Shown piece after piece: positions 8,769 through 19,372 of a stretch of 64,000 bases of DNA. Within the stretch, counting starts at the first letter, position 1. Each line of letters starts with the position of its first letter. The translations under genes and the position numbers were made by a program. The notes under the pieces were generated by a model. The model was not told where the DNA came from. It ran no database searches and worked only from the letters and a program-made list of their open reading frames with translations. The stretch comes from Candidatus Delongbacteria bacterium (lineage in GTDB: Bacteria > CAIWAD01), in assembly GCA_963663545.1 (NCBI GenBank), contig OY760505.1, forward strand, positions 2,208,001 to 2,272,000. The letters are read 5' to 3'.

Positions 8769-10704
8769 ATACGTATCAAGACACCCTAGTTTGGAGTTGT
8801 TCCAGAGGGGCGAGTATCACAGGTTTATTGAACAAGTAGAAAACGATGTCTGCGCTTGCCAAGTAGGATCGAACGACTGGAGTGTCCTTCATTACTACAA
8901 AGCTTGTGCGCTTTTGTTCACTGGATCCCAGATTGATTCTCTTGCGGATTTTCGAAGAATAGTCGAATGTCGTGAATTAGAGCCCCGCTATCGGGTCAGT
9001 GCCATCTACAACATGGGGCTTATTGGTGGCCAGATTCGTGACTATGAGTTTTCGCGCGAGTGTCTCGACCAGTACTTGTTGGAAGAGCAGCATAATCCGA
9101 AGATTGCCCAGTTGTGGCTTATGTCGCTAACCACAATTGCGCAACCCTTGAAACAACGAGACTGGTCAAGTTTTGCACGACTTGCTGTTGCCTGTGGGGT
9201 TGAAAGGTCGATGCAGATACGGGCACAAAACTGGTTTGGCATTGCCGCTCTGCATACAGGGCAGTATGAGGCTTGCGAGCAGTTACTACAAATTCTTGGT
9301 GGTTTGAGTGGTATCGTTTCTCTCAATTGCCTTCTGTCTTTGTTCGAGGCTGCTCTAAAAGCAAAAAAGTTGGACTTCGCATCGGATATCGTGATACAAG
9401 CTCGTAGGGAAGTATCAAGTGCACGTCTGTTGTTTGTTCACAAGCACATGGCGTTGCGGCTAGGCGAGGCCAGGGGTGAGGCTTCGCATCACCTGCTGAG
9501 TCAAGCACGCGAAGTCCTGCGATCAATCGAGTATACTCAGGATTGTTCGTGTAATGCCGCAGCTGCCTACTGCGCTGAACTAATCCGAAAGTTTGGCACC
9601 GAAGGCGAACTGATGATTCCTGCCAAGTACGGTATTGTGGGCGTCTCCAAAGAGATCATGCATTTTCGCATGACGCTGGAGCGCTACGCTAAAAGCAGCG
9701 AGCCGGTACTGATTCAAGGCGAGAGCGGAACAGGCAAAGAGCTGGCGGCGCGCGCGCTGCACGATGCATCGCCACGAGCCAGCGAGCGCTTTATTGTGGT
9801 GAACTGCCCGGCGATTCCCAACGGCCTTTTCGAGTCCACGCTCTTCGGCCATGTGCGTGGAGCCTTCACCAGCGCAGACAAGGATCATGTCGGCCTGGTG
9901 GCACAAGCGGGAGCGGGGACTCTGTTTCTGGACGAGGTCGGTGACCTTCCACGAGAGATGCAGGCCAAGCTCCTGCGCTTTCTCGAGTCCGGCGAGTATC
10001 ACCGCGTTGGTGAGCAGTCGGTTCAGCATTCGCAAGCCAGGGTAGTGGCTGCAACCAACCAGGAGCTGCGCCACGAGAGTCGCTTTCGCAGCGAGCTTTA
10101 TCATCGACTAAGAAGTTTGGTTCTCGTCGTGCCACGCTTGGCAGAAAGGCGCGAGGATATTATCTATCTGGCCAGGTATAGAATCCGCGAATTGAATCGA
10201 AGATACAGTCAGTACAAGTCGCTTTCCGGAGAGGTTGAGACAATACTGACGCAGGCAGAATACAGGGGAAATGTCCGAGAATTGTTCCACGTCGTGGACG
10301 CCGGATGGCACAACGCAATTCTCGCGATTGAAAAACAACACTTGCCTGTTCAGTATTCCTCGTTAAATTACGCGGGTAGTCACCATCAAAACGCCGTCAG
10401 GCAGGAGATGCCGATGGACTCTCGTGAATTGATTAGGGAAGAAGGTGCACCGAGTGAAGAGGGACCGCGTTCGATTGCGGTAAACTTCGCCGAGGCTACC
10501 GGTTGGAATCTGGACTTCGACGGCGGTACCGTCCCCCTGCGCGCATTGCAGGATCAGGCCGCCTGCTGGGCCGTACGTGCAGCGATGGATCACTTTGACG
10601 GGGATGTCAGCGAGACAGCCCGTTTCCTTGGTGTATCACGGCGCTCCGTGTATCGCTATCTTCAGAAGGACAGAGAAGCTCCGGATTTTGAGGCCGAGCT
10701 TTAG
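8761..10704 (+). CDS. Sigma54-dependent transcriptional activator with TPR-like N-terminus and Fis-type HTH
   Basis: GESGTGKE (Walker A), ESTLFGHVRGAFTSA, LFLDEVGD (Walker B), YRGNVREL, TARFLGVSRRSVYR. Confidence 0.9.
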   Translation: MNEYVSRHPSLELFQRGEYHRFIEQVENDVCACQVGSNDWSVLHYYKACALLFTGSQIDSLADFRRIVECRELEPRYRVSAIYNMGLIGGQIRDYEFSRECLDQYLLEEQHNPKIAQLWLMSLTTIAQPLKQRDWSSFARLAVACGVERSMQIRAQNWFGIAALHTGQYEACEQLLQILGGLSGIVSLNCLLSLFEAALKAKKLDFASDIVIQARREVSSARLLFVHKHMALRLGEARGEASHHLLSQAREVLRSIEYTQDCSCNAAAAYCAELIRKFGTEGELMIPAKYGIVGVSKEIMHFRMTLERYAKSSEPVLIQGESGTGKELAARALHDASPRASERFIVVNCPAIPNGLFESTLFGHVRGAFTSADKDHVGLVAQAGAGTLFLDEVGDLPREMQAKLLRFLESGEYHRVGEQSVQHSQARVVAATNQELRHESRFRSELYHRLRSLVLVVPRLAERREDIIYLARYRIRELNRRYSQYKSLSGEVETILTQAEYRGNVRELFHVVDAGWHNAILAIEKQHLPVQYSSLNYAGSHHQNAVRQEMPMDSRELIREEGAPSEEGPRSIAVNFAEATGWNLDFDGGTVPLRALQDQAACWAVRAAMDHFDGDVSETARFLGVSRRSVYRYLQKDREAPDFEAEL

Positions 10705-10732
10705 GTCGCACCTTCCAGCATATTGTATCACA

Positions 10733-10771
10733 AGACCCGTCCTGCACCGACGCTGTGGGGCGGGCTTTTTT
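10733..10771 (+). terminator. Intrinsic terminator
   Basis: CCCGTCCTGCA...TGTGGGGCGGG stem (with G-U pairs) followed by TTTTTT. Confidence 0.7.
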
Positions 10772-11036
10772 CCCGTTCGATCTGCAGCTTTCGAAACCGG
10801 ATTGTGAAATTCCTGTCGTGAGGTCTCTTTTTCGTTGGGGCACCGCACTCCTGTGACATGTCCAATGGGGTAGACAGTGTTAGCTGATGCTGCAGATGTA
10901 ACACCTATCTTGTTTGGAACTCATTGCTTCATTGGATAAGTTGTCCCTTTAACACCTGGAATCGATGGCCGGTTCGTGTGCCGAAAGCGAGCCAAAATCG
11001 GCCCATGCACGGGCCAGCCTTCAATTGGAGCCTGAG

Positions 11037-13052
11037 ATGACAACCAAAGCCCACGCTTTGCAGCCTGCTGCTATGCTGCGCCAGACGCTGCTAACCCTCT
11101 CCGCCGTTTGTATCACGGTCACCCTTGCTGGTTGCAGTAGCGGTACTTCCCGCTACGACACTGGACCGATCATGGAGAGGAATGAAGGAATCAACGCCAA
11201 GGACTATTGGCGTACTACGGAGTTTGAGGTCGTTGACCTGCCTGACGGCGCAATGCCTGAGGTGCCAGCGGAGTTGGGTGGTGACGGATTTGAAGCCGTT
11301 GCCGAGGAGCTGGGCTTCACAACGAATACTAACCTTCGGTCCATGGCCGACCCGCGCGGAGTGCCCGGCGGCATGCTGCGAGTTCCCATTGCCGATTTCC
11401 CCGCCACCATGCGCAGTGAAGGCAAAGACAGCAACACCACTTTCATGGCTCTTGTCAGCGGCATGATGTACGAGTCGCTGACTTCTACCGACGCCTACAC
11501 CGACGCTTTCGCGCCTTCACTAGCTTCCCACTGGAAAATCGAAGTGGACGAAGCGGCAGGAACGCAGACCTTCACCTTCCGCATCAATCCGGAGGCGCGT
11601 TGGCAGACGGGTCATCGTATCACGGCAGAGGATGTGCTGGCGTCCTGGACGCTGCAGACGGACGACGGCCTGCATAGCCCCTATTCGGCCATGCTCTTCC
11701 GCAAGTTCAGCGAGCCGGAAATTCTCAGCCCTTATATGATTCGCACATCCAGTCCTGAATTGAACTGGCGCCACTTCATGTACTTCGGTGGCATGACCAT
11801 CTACCCGGCACACATCATTGGCGACATGACGGGCAAGCAGTACATGGAGACCTTCCAGAACAAGACCATGCCCGGTTCCGGCAGCTACCTGCTGCGCGAA
11901 GAGGACATCCGTCAGGGCAACAGCTTGACCATGACTCGCATCAACAACTATTGGGACCGCAACAATCCGATTGGCCAGGGTGGAGCTAATTTCTACAAGG
12001 TCAAGTTTGTCGTGGTGGCCGATCCGACCTTGCAGCGTGAGCGCTTCAAGAAGGGCGAGCTGGATGTTTACATCGTTGGCCAGGCCAAGTACTGGGTCAA
12101 GGAATTCCTGCCGGAAGAGATCGAACAGCTCGGCAAGGGCTGGATCCAGCGTAAGAAGATCTTCACCAACAACCCGCAAGGTATTACGGGCTTCGTCTTC
12201 AACATGCGCGAGGCACCCTTCAGTGACATCCGTGTGCGCCGGGCCTTCTGCTACCTGTTCAACCGCGAGAAGCTCATCGACAAGCTCTTCTACAACGAGT
12301 ACCTGCCGATGAATTCCTACTACCCGAGCAGTGTCTACGAGAACCCTGAAGACGAGATCATTACCTACCAGCCCGAGCGCGCCCTTGAGCTGCTTGCCCA
12401 GGCCGGTTACGATCGCAAGGACGATGAAGGCTATCTGATCAACCACGACGGCGAGCGCATTACCCTGGAACTCATGATTGACGAAAGTCCCACCTGGGAA
12501 CGCATCATGACCGTGATCCAGGAGGATTACCGTCAAGCAGGCATCGACATGAAGCTCAAGCACACCAACGGATCTATCCAGTTCCAGATGGTGATGGAGC
12601 GCAAGTTCAAGATGCACTTCCAGAGTTGGGGTGGCCTGTACTTCCCGAACCCGGAGAGCTCCTTCAGTTCGGCAATGGCTGATCAGGAAAACAGCAACAA
12701 TCTGGCTGGCTTCAAGAGCGCGGCCTTGGATTCCATTTGCCAGGTCTACGACGTTACCTTCGATCCGGCTGAGCGCGTCAAGCAGATTCAGGCGATCGAC
12801 AAGATCCTGACGGAAAGCTATCAGTACGCGCTGGCCTGGTATGGACCCTTCACTCGTTTGGGCTACTGGAACAAGTTCGGCATGCCCGAGTGGGGCTTGA
12901 GCCGTACGGGCGACTGGCGTTCGATCATTGGTCTGTGGTGGTATGATGCCGACAAGCATCGCGCTCTTGTGGATGCGATCAAGAAAGACGGCAGTCTGCC
13001 CATCGAACCCGTGGAAATCGACTACTGGCGCAATTATCAGGTCCAGCACTAA
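11037..13052 (+). CDS. Peptide ABC transporter substrate-binding lipoprotein (family 5), copy 2
   Basis: Lipobox LAGC; same family motifs as 5513..7495; first gene of a complete ABC operon; start 11037 or slightly downstream. Confidence 0.9.
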   Translation: MTTKAHALQPAAMLRQTLLTLSAVCITVTLAGCSSGTSRYDTGPIMERNEGINAKDYWRTTEFEVVDLPDGAMPEVPAELGGDGFEAVAEELGFTTNTNLRSMADPRGVPGGMLRVPIADFPATMRSEGKDSNTTFMALVSGMMYESLTSTDAYTDAFAPSLASHWKIEVDEAAGTQTFTFRINPEARWQTGHRITAEDVLASWTLQTDDGLHSPYSAMLFRKFSEPEILSPYMIRTSSPELNWRHFMYFGGMTIYPAHIIGDMTGKQYMETFQNKTMPGSGSYLLREEDIRQGNSLTMTRINNYWDRNNPIGQGGANFYKVKFVVVADPTLQRERFKKGELDVYIVGQAKYWVKEFLPEEIEQLGKGWIQRKKIFTNNPQGITGFVFNMREAPFSDIRVRRAFCYLFNREKLIDKLFYNEYLPMNSYYPSSVYENPEDEIITYQPERALELLAQAGYDRKDDEGYLINHDGERITLELMIDESPTWERIMTVIQEDYRQAGIDMKLKHTNGSIQFQMVMERKFKMHFQSWGGLYFPNPESSFSSAMADQENSNNLAGFKSAALDSICQVYDVTFDPAERVKQIQAIDKILTESYQYALAWYGPFTRLGYWNKFGMPEWGLSRTGDWRSIIGLWWYDADKHRALVDAIKKDGSLPIEPVEIDYWRNYQVQH

Positions 13053-13088
13053 GGCGCAAGCCCAGGTCTAAGCCGAACGGATTGACTG

Positions 13089-14594
13089 ATGACGACATAT
13101 TTTCTGCGACGCTTCCTGCTGATGTTTCCAACGCTGATTGGCATTACGCTGATCGCGTTCACCATCATCCAGTTCACCCCCGGTGGACCGATGGAGCAGG
13201 AAATCATCAACCTCAAGCAAGGCATGAACCAGTTGGGTGAGACTGGTGTGCAGGGTGGGGACAACCTGACGGGGGGCGCATCCATTCCAGCAGAAGCGCT
13301 GGAAGAGATGAAGGCTTACTACGGGTACGACAAACCTATTCTTTTCAATTTCAGAATCTGGAATCCTGACAAGCACGTTGCCCGCTACATGGACGCTCTC
13401 ACCCATGAGGATGAGATGACCGCCATGCAGGCGGAGCTGGCCCCGCTCTACGATCAGTTGCGTGAGGCCACCAATAGCGACGATGCTGAAAGGATCAAGG
13501 CGACGATTGCCGAGGAGCGCAAAGAGGTCGACGCTCTGCGCAAAGAGATCGACTCGTCGCGCAGTGCCATCATTGCTTGTGCCGAGTTGGCGCTTCCTGC
13601 CCTGAAGGAAATCGCACTGGACGAAAGCGGCCAGTACAACCACCATCAGCGCGAAATGGCCATTGACCTTATCGTGAAGCGCGCGGATCTTCCCGTGTGG
13701 ACGTCACAGGACTACGAGACCAAGCTGGCTGCTGTGGAAGCGTGGGCGGAGACCGCCGTGCTGAAGGGTGCCAACCCCGTTGTTCTGGTCTGGCGCACCT
13801 TCTCCTACGGACGCTATGGCTCCTGGCTGATTTCCATCTGCCACCTCGATCTGGGACGTTCTCATCGTTATGCACGCCCTGTCTGGGACGTGATGAAGAG
13901 CAAGTTCCCGGTGTCCATTTACTTCGGTGTCATCGGCTTTGTGCTCGCCTACAGCATCTGTATTCCTCTGGGTGTCTGGAAGGCGGTTAAGCACGGCAGC
14001 TCCTTTGACACCGTCAGCTCCGTGCTGATTTTCGTGGGATACTCCACACCGGGTTGGGCGCTAGGTGCCGTGCTGCTGGTGCTCCTGGGCGGCGGCAGCT
14101 TCTGGGATGTCTTCCCGCTGGGCGGCTTCCGCAGCGAGGATTGGGAGTTCTACTCCACTTGGGGCAAGATCTGGGATCAGCTGCACCACACCATTCTGCC
14201 GCTGATCGCATGGAACATCGCCTCCTTTGCTGGCATGACCGTACTGATGAAGAATTCGCTGATGGAGAACCTGTCTTCGGACTACGTGCGTACCGCGTTC
14301 TCCAAGGGCCTTAGCGAGCGTCGTGTGATTTTCCTGCACGCGCTGCGCAACAGCCTCATTCCCCTGGCAACAGGCATCGGTGGCTTCATCGGTTTGATCT
14401 TTGCCGGTTCCTATCTCATCGAGAAGGTGTTCAACATTGATGGCTTCGGTATGCTGGGCTTTACCAGTCTGATTTACCGCGACTATCCCATTGTGCTGGC
14501 GTCCATGGTGATTGGTGCTGTGATCCGCCTGATGGGAAACATCTTCTCTGATATGGTCTACGCGGCTATCGACCCGCGTATCCGCTTCAAATAG
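13089..14594 (+). CDS. Peptide ABC transporter permease (OppB/YejB-like) with a large soluble insertion
   Basis: YFLRRFLLMFPTLIGI, DLGRS, DYVRTAFSKGLSE..V...HALRNSLIP, IDPRIRF. Confidence 0.92.
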   Translation: MTTYFLRRFLLMFPTLIGITLIAFTIIQFTPGGPMEQEIINLKQGMNQLGETGVQGGDNLTGGASIPAEALEEMKAYYGYDKPILFNFRIWNPDKHVARYMDALTHEDEMTAMQAELAPLYDQLREATNSDDAERIKATIAEERKEVDALRKEIDSSRSAIIACAELALPALKEIALDESGQYNHHQREMAIDLIVKRADLPVWTSQDYETKLAAVEAWAETAVLKGANPVVLVWRTFSYGRYGSWLISICHLDLGRSHRYARPVWDVMKSKFPVSIYFGVIGFVLAYSICIPLGVWKAVKHGSSFDTVSSVLIFVGYSTPGWALGAVLLVLLGGGSFWDVFPLGGFRSEDWEFYSTWGKIWDQLHHTILPLIAWNIASFAGMTVLMKNSLMENLSSDYVRTAFSKGLSERRVIFLHALRNSLIPLATGIGGFIGLIFAGSYLIEKVFNIDGFGMLGFTSLIYRDYPIVLASMVIGAVIRLMGNIFSDMVYAAIDPRIRFK

Positions 14595-14622
14595 CCTAAA
14601 CTCAGAACGGAAACTGCATACG

Positions 14623-15693
14623 ATGTTCTGGAAGAAAAAGACAGACGACGCCCCGGTGGTAAGTACTTCGCTAAGCGCAAAGCGTTGGCGCAAGTTCAAA
14701 ACCATGAAGCGCGGCTACTACTCCCTGATTATCCTGATGTGTGCCTACCTCCTTTCCTTCTTGCTGCCTGTATTCATTGGCGAAAAGGCCTTGATTCTGC
14801 ACTATGAAGGCAAAACCTATTTTCCGGTTTTCGGCACGTACCACAGTGCACAGGAGTTCGGTCAGGACCGCATTGGTACTCCCGATTACCGCATCCTGAA
14901 GCAGGAGTACAAGCAGGCGGGCGAGGGCAACTGGCTGGTTTTGCCGTTGTATCCCTTTGGCCCGAAGGAATCGCTGCTTGGAATGCCGGGCACGCCGCCG
15001 CATCGTCCAAGTGCGGAGCACTGGCTGGGCACCGATGATCGCGCGCGCGACGTTTTCTCGCGCCTGCTGTATGGCTTCCGTATTTCCATCTCCTTCGCGC
15101 TGATCTACGTATTCTTCTCTTACGTCATCGGCGTGTCCATTGGTGGCTTCCTTGGCTACTACGGCGGTGTGTTCGATATCATCGTGCAACGTGTTATCGA
15201 ACTTTGGAGCGCCATTCCCTTCATGTTCACCATCATGATCATTGTGTCGCTGATACAACCAAGCTTCTCGCTGCTTGTGTTCTTGCTGGTGCTCTTCGGC
15301 TGGATGGGAATGACCTACTATATCCGTGGCGAATTCTATCGCGAGAAGACCAAGGACTATGTGCAGGCCGCCATTTCGATGGGTTCTTCCGACCGTCGCG
15401 TGATCTTCAAGCACATCCTGCCCAACGCATTGACGCCGGTGATTTCCTTCGGCCCCTTCGCCGTGGTCGGTGGTATCGGCTCGCTGGTCTCGCTGGACTA
15501 TCTGGGCTTTGGTTTGCCGCCCGATGAGCCTTCCTGGGGTTCCATGGTAAAGGTCGGTATGGCCAACATTACCGACTGGTGGCTGGTGCTCGCGCCCATC
15601 GGCGCCATGTTCATCACCCTGCTGTTGGTGGTGTTCATTGGCGAGGGCGTGCGCGAAGCCTTTGATCCCAAGGTTTACTCAAGGCTGCGTTAA
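14623..15693 (+). CDS. Peptide ABC transporter permease (OppC/YejE-like)
   Basis: HWLGTDDRARDVFSRLLYGFRIS, HILPNALTP, GEGVREAFDPK. Confidence 0.93.
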   Translation: MFWKKKTDDAPVVSTSLSAKRWRKFKTMKRGYYSLIILMCAYLLSFLLPVFIGEKALILHYEGKTYFPVFGTYHSAQEFGQDRIGTPDYRILKQEYKQAGEGNWLVLPLYPFGPKESLLGMPGTPPHRPSAEHWLGTDDRARDVFSRLLYGFRISISFALIYVFFSYVIGVSIGGFLGYYGGVFDIIVQRVIELWSAIPFMFTIMIIVSLIQPSFSLLVFLLVLFGWMGMTYYIRGEFYREKTKDYVQAAISMGSSDRRVIFKHILPNALTPVISFGPFAVVGGIGSLVSLDYLGFGLPPDEPSWGSMVKVGMANITDWWLVLAPIGAMFITLLLVVFIGEGVREAFDPKVYSRLR

Positions 15694-15717
15694 GCAAGCG
15701 GACAGGCGAGGATACTG

Positions 15718-16743
15718 ATGAGCGACCTGCTGTTTAAAATCAATAATCTGCAGACCCACTTCTTCACCGAGGCCGGAACGGTCCGTGCGGTGGATGGGGT
15801 CAGTTTCTACATCAAGCGCGGCGAAGTGCTTGGCATCGTGGGCGAATCCGGATCGGGCAAGTCGGTGACCTGCCTTTCCATCAATCGCCTGATTCCCAAC
15901 CCGCCCGGCCGCATCGTGGGCGGCGAGGTTCTGTACTACAAGGACCCGGAAAAGGCACCCATCGATCTGCTGAAGCTCAGCTACGAGAAGATGCGCCACT
16001 ACCGCGGCGAAGACATCGGCATGATCTTCCAGGAGCCGATGACCAGTCTCAATCCGGTGTTCACCATCGGCATGCAGATGTCCGAGTCGGTCCGCTATCA
16101 TCGCAACATCTCCAAGCAGGAAGCGATGAAGATGGCGCTGGATATGCTGAAGGCTGTGGGTATACCGGCTCCTGAGAAGCGCATGGACGACTATCCGCAC
16201 CAGTTCTCGGGCGGTATGCGTCAGCGCGTGATGATTGCCATGGCGCTGGTTTGTGAACCGGCTCTGTTGATTGCCGACGAGCCCACCACAGCGCTGGATG
16301 TGACCATTCAGGCGCAGATCCTCAAGCTGATGCTGGACATGAAGGAGCATCGCAAAGACGCTTCCATTGTGCTGATTACGCACGATCTGGCTGTGGTTGC
16401 CGAAACCTGCAGCCGCGTCATCGTGATGTACGGTGGGCACATTCAAGAGACCGCCGACGTCTACGAGCTCTTCGATAATCCGCTGCATCCCTATACCGAA
16501 GGTCTGCTGGGTAGCCTGCCTCGTCCCGACAAGGAGAGACAGCGTCGCCTGACCACCATTCGCGGTATGGTGCCCAGCATGCTCAAGATGCCCAAGGGCT
16601 GCCGTTTCTGCACGCGCTGCGACAAGGCCATGCCCCAGTGCACCGACCAGGTACCCAAGATGAAGGAAGTCAAGCCGGGGCACTTTGTCCGCTGTCATCT
16701 GTACAACGACGCCCCCGACGCTTCCGCGCAGGATCAGGCCTGA
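15718..16743 (+). CDS. oppD: Oligopeptide ABC transporter ATP-binding protein
   Basis: GESGSGKS, FSGGMRQR, ADEPTTALD, C-terminal GCRF..RC Cys motif. Confidence 0.93.
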   Translation: MSDLLFKINNLQTHFFTEAGTVRAVDGVSFYIKRGEVLGIVGESGSGKSVTCLSINRLIPNPPGRIVGGEVLYYKDPEKAPIDLLKLSYEKMRHYRGEDIGMIFQEPMTSLNPVFTIGMQMSESVRYHRNISKQEAMKMALDMLKAVGIPAPEKRMDDYPHQFSGGMRQRVMIAMALVCEPALLIADEPTTALDVTIQAQILKLMLDMKEHRKDASIVLITHDLAVVAETCSRVIVMYGGHIQETADVYELFDNPLHPYTEGLLGSLPRPDKERQRRLTTIRGMVPSMLKMPKGCRFCTRCDKAMPQCTDQVPKMKEVKPGHFVRCHLYNDAPDASAQDQA

Positions 16744-16760
16744 GGTAGAAGGATAATCCG

Positions 16761-17783
16761 ATGAGTCAGAAGAATAACGACCAAGAGTTGCTTCGCGTAG
16801 AGGATCTTCGCGTTCACTTCCCGATCCACGGTGGCTTGTTTATGCGCAAGGTGGCCGAGGTGAAGGCGGTTGACGGTGTTTCCTTTACCGTTAAGAAGGG
16901 CGAGACCCTGGGTCTGGTGGGTGAATCCGGTTGCGGCAAAACCACCGTTGGACGAGCTATTGTCAACATTCTGCGTTCGGGATCACCCGACGTGGAAATC
17001 TACGGCAAGATCTTGTTCAACAGCGACGAGGGCTGGGTTGATCTGGCCGCGTTGCATCGCAAGGACATGCGCCGCTTCCGCAAAGACATCCAGATGATTT
17101 TCCAGGATCCATTCTCCAGCCTCAATCCTCGTATGCTGGTCAAGGAGATCATCACCGAGCCCTTGGAAATCACCCAACCCGAGATGAGTCCCAAGGAGCG
17201 CGACGAGCGTGCCTTCTGGCTGCTTGACAAGGTGGGTCTTTCCGGTGAGCAGGCGTATCGTTATCCGCACGAGTTCTCCGGTGGTCAGCGTCAGCGCGTT
17301 GGTTTTGCCCGTGCTCTGGCGACCAATCCCAAGTTGATCGTTGCCGATGAGCCCGTGTCCGCGCTGGATGTGTCCATTCAGGCGCAGGTCATCAACCTGC
17401 TGCAGGACCTGCAGGAAGAATTCAACCTGACCTATATGTTCATTGCCCATGACCTTTCGGTGGTGGAACATATCAGCAACCGCATCGCGGTGATGTACCT
17501 GGGCAACATGGTGGAACTGGGCGAAGCCCAGACCGTGTATCGCAAGCCGGCGCATCCCTATTCGCGCGCACTACTTGATTCCGTGCCGTTGCCGGACCCG
17601 CACCGCGTGAAGACGCGCGATCGCAAAGTGCTCGAAGGCGATGTGCCGAACCCGATCATGAAGCCTTCGGGCTGTGCGTTCCGCACTCGTTGCCCCATTG
17701 CGCGCCCTGAGTGTGCGCAGGCGGTGCCCGAGTTCAAGAACCGCGGCGAGAACCACTTTGTGGCCTGCCCTTTCACGGAGTAG
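16761..17783 (+). CDS. oppF: Oligopeptide ABC transporter ATP-binding protein
   Basis: [36 protein letters not shown]. Confidence 0.93.
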   Translation: MSQKNNDQELLRVEDLRVHFPIHGGLFMRKVAEVKAVDGVSFTVKKGETLGLVGESGCGKTTVGRAIVNILRSGSPDVEIYGKILFNSDEGWVDLAALHRKDMRRFRKDIQMIFQDPFSSLNPRMLVKEIITEPLEITQPEMSPKERDERAFWLLDKVGLSGEQAYRYPHEFSGGQRQRVGFARALATNPKLIVADEPVSALDVSIQAQVINLLQDLQEEFNLTYMFIAHDLSVVEHISNRIAVMYLGNMVELGEAQTVYRKPAHPYSRALLDSVPLPDPHRVKTRDRKVLEGDVPNPIMKPSGCAFRTRCPIARPECAQAVPEFKNRGENHFVACPFTE

Positions 17784-17857
17784 GTGATACAACTGCATGT
17801 GACACAGAGCCAGTTGGTCCGCCGGCTGGCTCTGTTTGTATCTGGAGCGTGTGATAC

Positions 17858-18853
17858 ATGGAACTGGAACTGGCACTGGCTCTTCTCAAGATCGTTGCCG
17901 GCTTCTTCCTGCTAATCAAGGGTGCCGACTGGCTGGTAGAGGGAGCCACCGACTTCGCCCGTCGACTGCATGTGCCCGAGATGATCATTGGACTGACCAT
18001 TGTATCACTGGGCACCAGTATGCCCGAGTTGGTCGTCGGCCTGCGAGCGGTCTTCGCGGGTGCCAACGATGCCGTCATGGGCAACGTGCTGGGTTCCAAC
18101 ATCATGAACACCATGCTGGTGCTGGGCGCTGCAGGACTTGTATCACGCGGACCACTCCCTTTTGAGCGACGCAGCCTGCGCCGTGATATTCCCATCAATC
18201 TGCTGGTGTCTTGTGCACTGTTGCTAATGTGCAATGAGTTCTGGCTGTGTGATACAACTATGCTGTCGCGTTGGGATGGCCTCCTGCTGCTCGCCGGTTT
18301 TGTTGCTTTCACCATGTACATGGTGCGTTGTGCGCGAAAGGGTCGTGATACACAGCCACAGGAGTCTCACGAAGAGCCGCGTCCCGTATGGAAGAGCACC
18401 ATGCTGTTTCTTTTGGGAATTGGCGCCTTGAGTTTCGGTGGCGAGCTTGCGGTAAGCGGTTCGCTAGTCGCTGCAGCGCTTCTTGGCTTGAGTGAGAAAC
18501 TTATTGGTGTGCTGATCCTTGCTGGCGGCACCAGTTTGCCTGAGTTGGTAACCAGTGTGGTGGCTGTACGCAAGAGCCAGGCGGGAATCGCCATTGGCAA
18601 CGTGCTGGGCTCCAACATTGCCAATATTCTGCTGGTGTTGGGAGCAAACAGCGCAATACGTCCCTTAGTCTACAACCCTGAGCTGAACGTAGACCAGGCC
18701 TTTGTCATCGGCTCGCTTGTTCTGCTTAGCCTTTTCATGTTGATTCAGCTGGGCGGCAAGCGCTGCGAGCAGAACTCGCTCAGCAAAATCGAAGCGGGAA
18801 TTCTGACGGCGAGCTACGTCGCCTACACCCTTTTTGTTTTGGTCCGCTCCTGA
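17858..18853 (+). CDS. Calcium/sodium antiporter (YrbG-like, CaCA family)
   Basis: Two alpha repeats GTSMPE...GNVLGSNI and GTSLPE...GNVLGSNI. Confidence 0.93.
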   Translation: MELELALALLKIVAGFFLLIKGADWLVEGATDFARRLHVPEMIIGLTIVSLGTSMPELVVGLRAVFAGANDAVMGNVLGSNIMNTMLVLGAAGLVSRGPLPFERRSLRRDIPINLLVSCALLLMCNEFWLCDTTMLSRWDGLLLLAGFVAFTMYMVRCARKGRDTQPQESHEEPRPVWKSTMLFLLGIGALSFGGELAVSGSLVAAALLGLSEKLIGVLILAGGTSLPELVTSVVAVRKSQAGIAIGNVLGSNIANILLVLGANSAIRPLVYNPELNVDQAFVIGSLVLLSLFMLIQLGGKRCEQNSLSKIEAGILTASYVAYTLFVLVRS

Positions 18854-19372
18854 ACTCCGACGCAAGCAGTGAAAACTCCCTCGTGTGAGATTTTGCCGTC
18901 TTCTGATAAGCATTGTTTGCTGTATGCGGCTAGATAACTGAAGCCTTGATCAATTTCTACTGCACGATTGTAAAATGGTGCTGTGCATCTCAGCTTTGAG
19001 GCTTATTCCTTTGAGTCCATTCGAGACCAATACTCACCAGATGGTGGCCAGAACAAGTTTTTATAACTCATTTTTCCAACAAGCTCTGGAAATCTGGAAC
19101 TATACGGTTCCATTTCTCACCTTGGATACCTAGGATTCCATCAAGTAGATCCAGCTCAGAATCAAACCAGAAGTGACATCAGCCAGCAATAAAAACAGAC
19201 AACAGCTAAAGCTGGGCTTGCAAAAGGCCGATGCACAACTCGCTGCATTTTGCAACAGGGATACGGATCCAGCGGATCCAAAAAAATGACAGAGAAGACG
19301 AAACAAGATAGAGGAACGACCGTGCCAAGGGTTGGTGAACCCGTGGTCGGAGTTCGGTTTTTGGAGGGACAG

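Noticed and set aside
19206..19234. Sigma28-like promoter TAAAG...GCCGAT upstream of the giant adhesin, and GCCGATTT upstream of flagellin (~62110, minus)
   Set aside because: Spacing is one base off in the first and the -35 match is poor in the second
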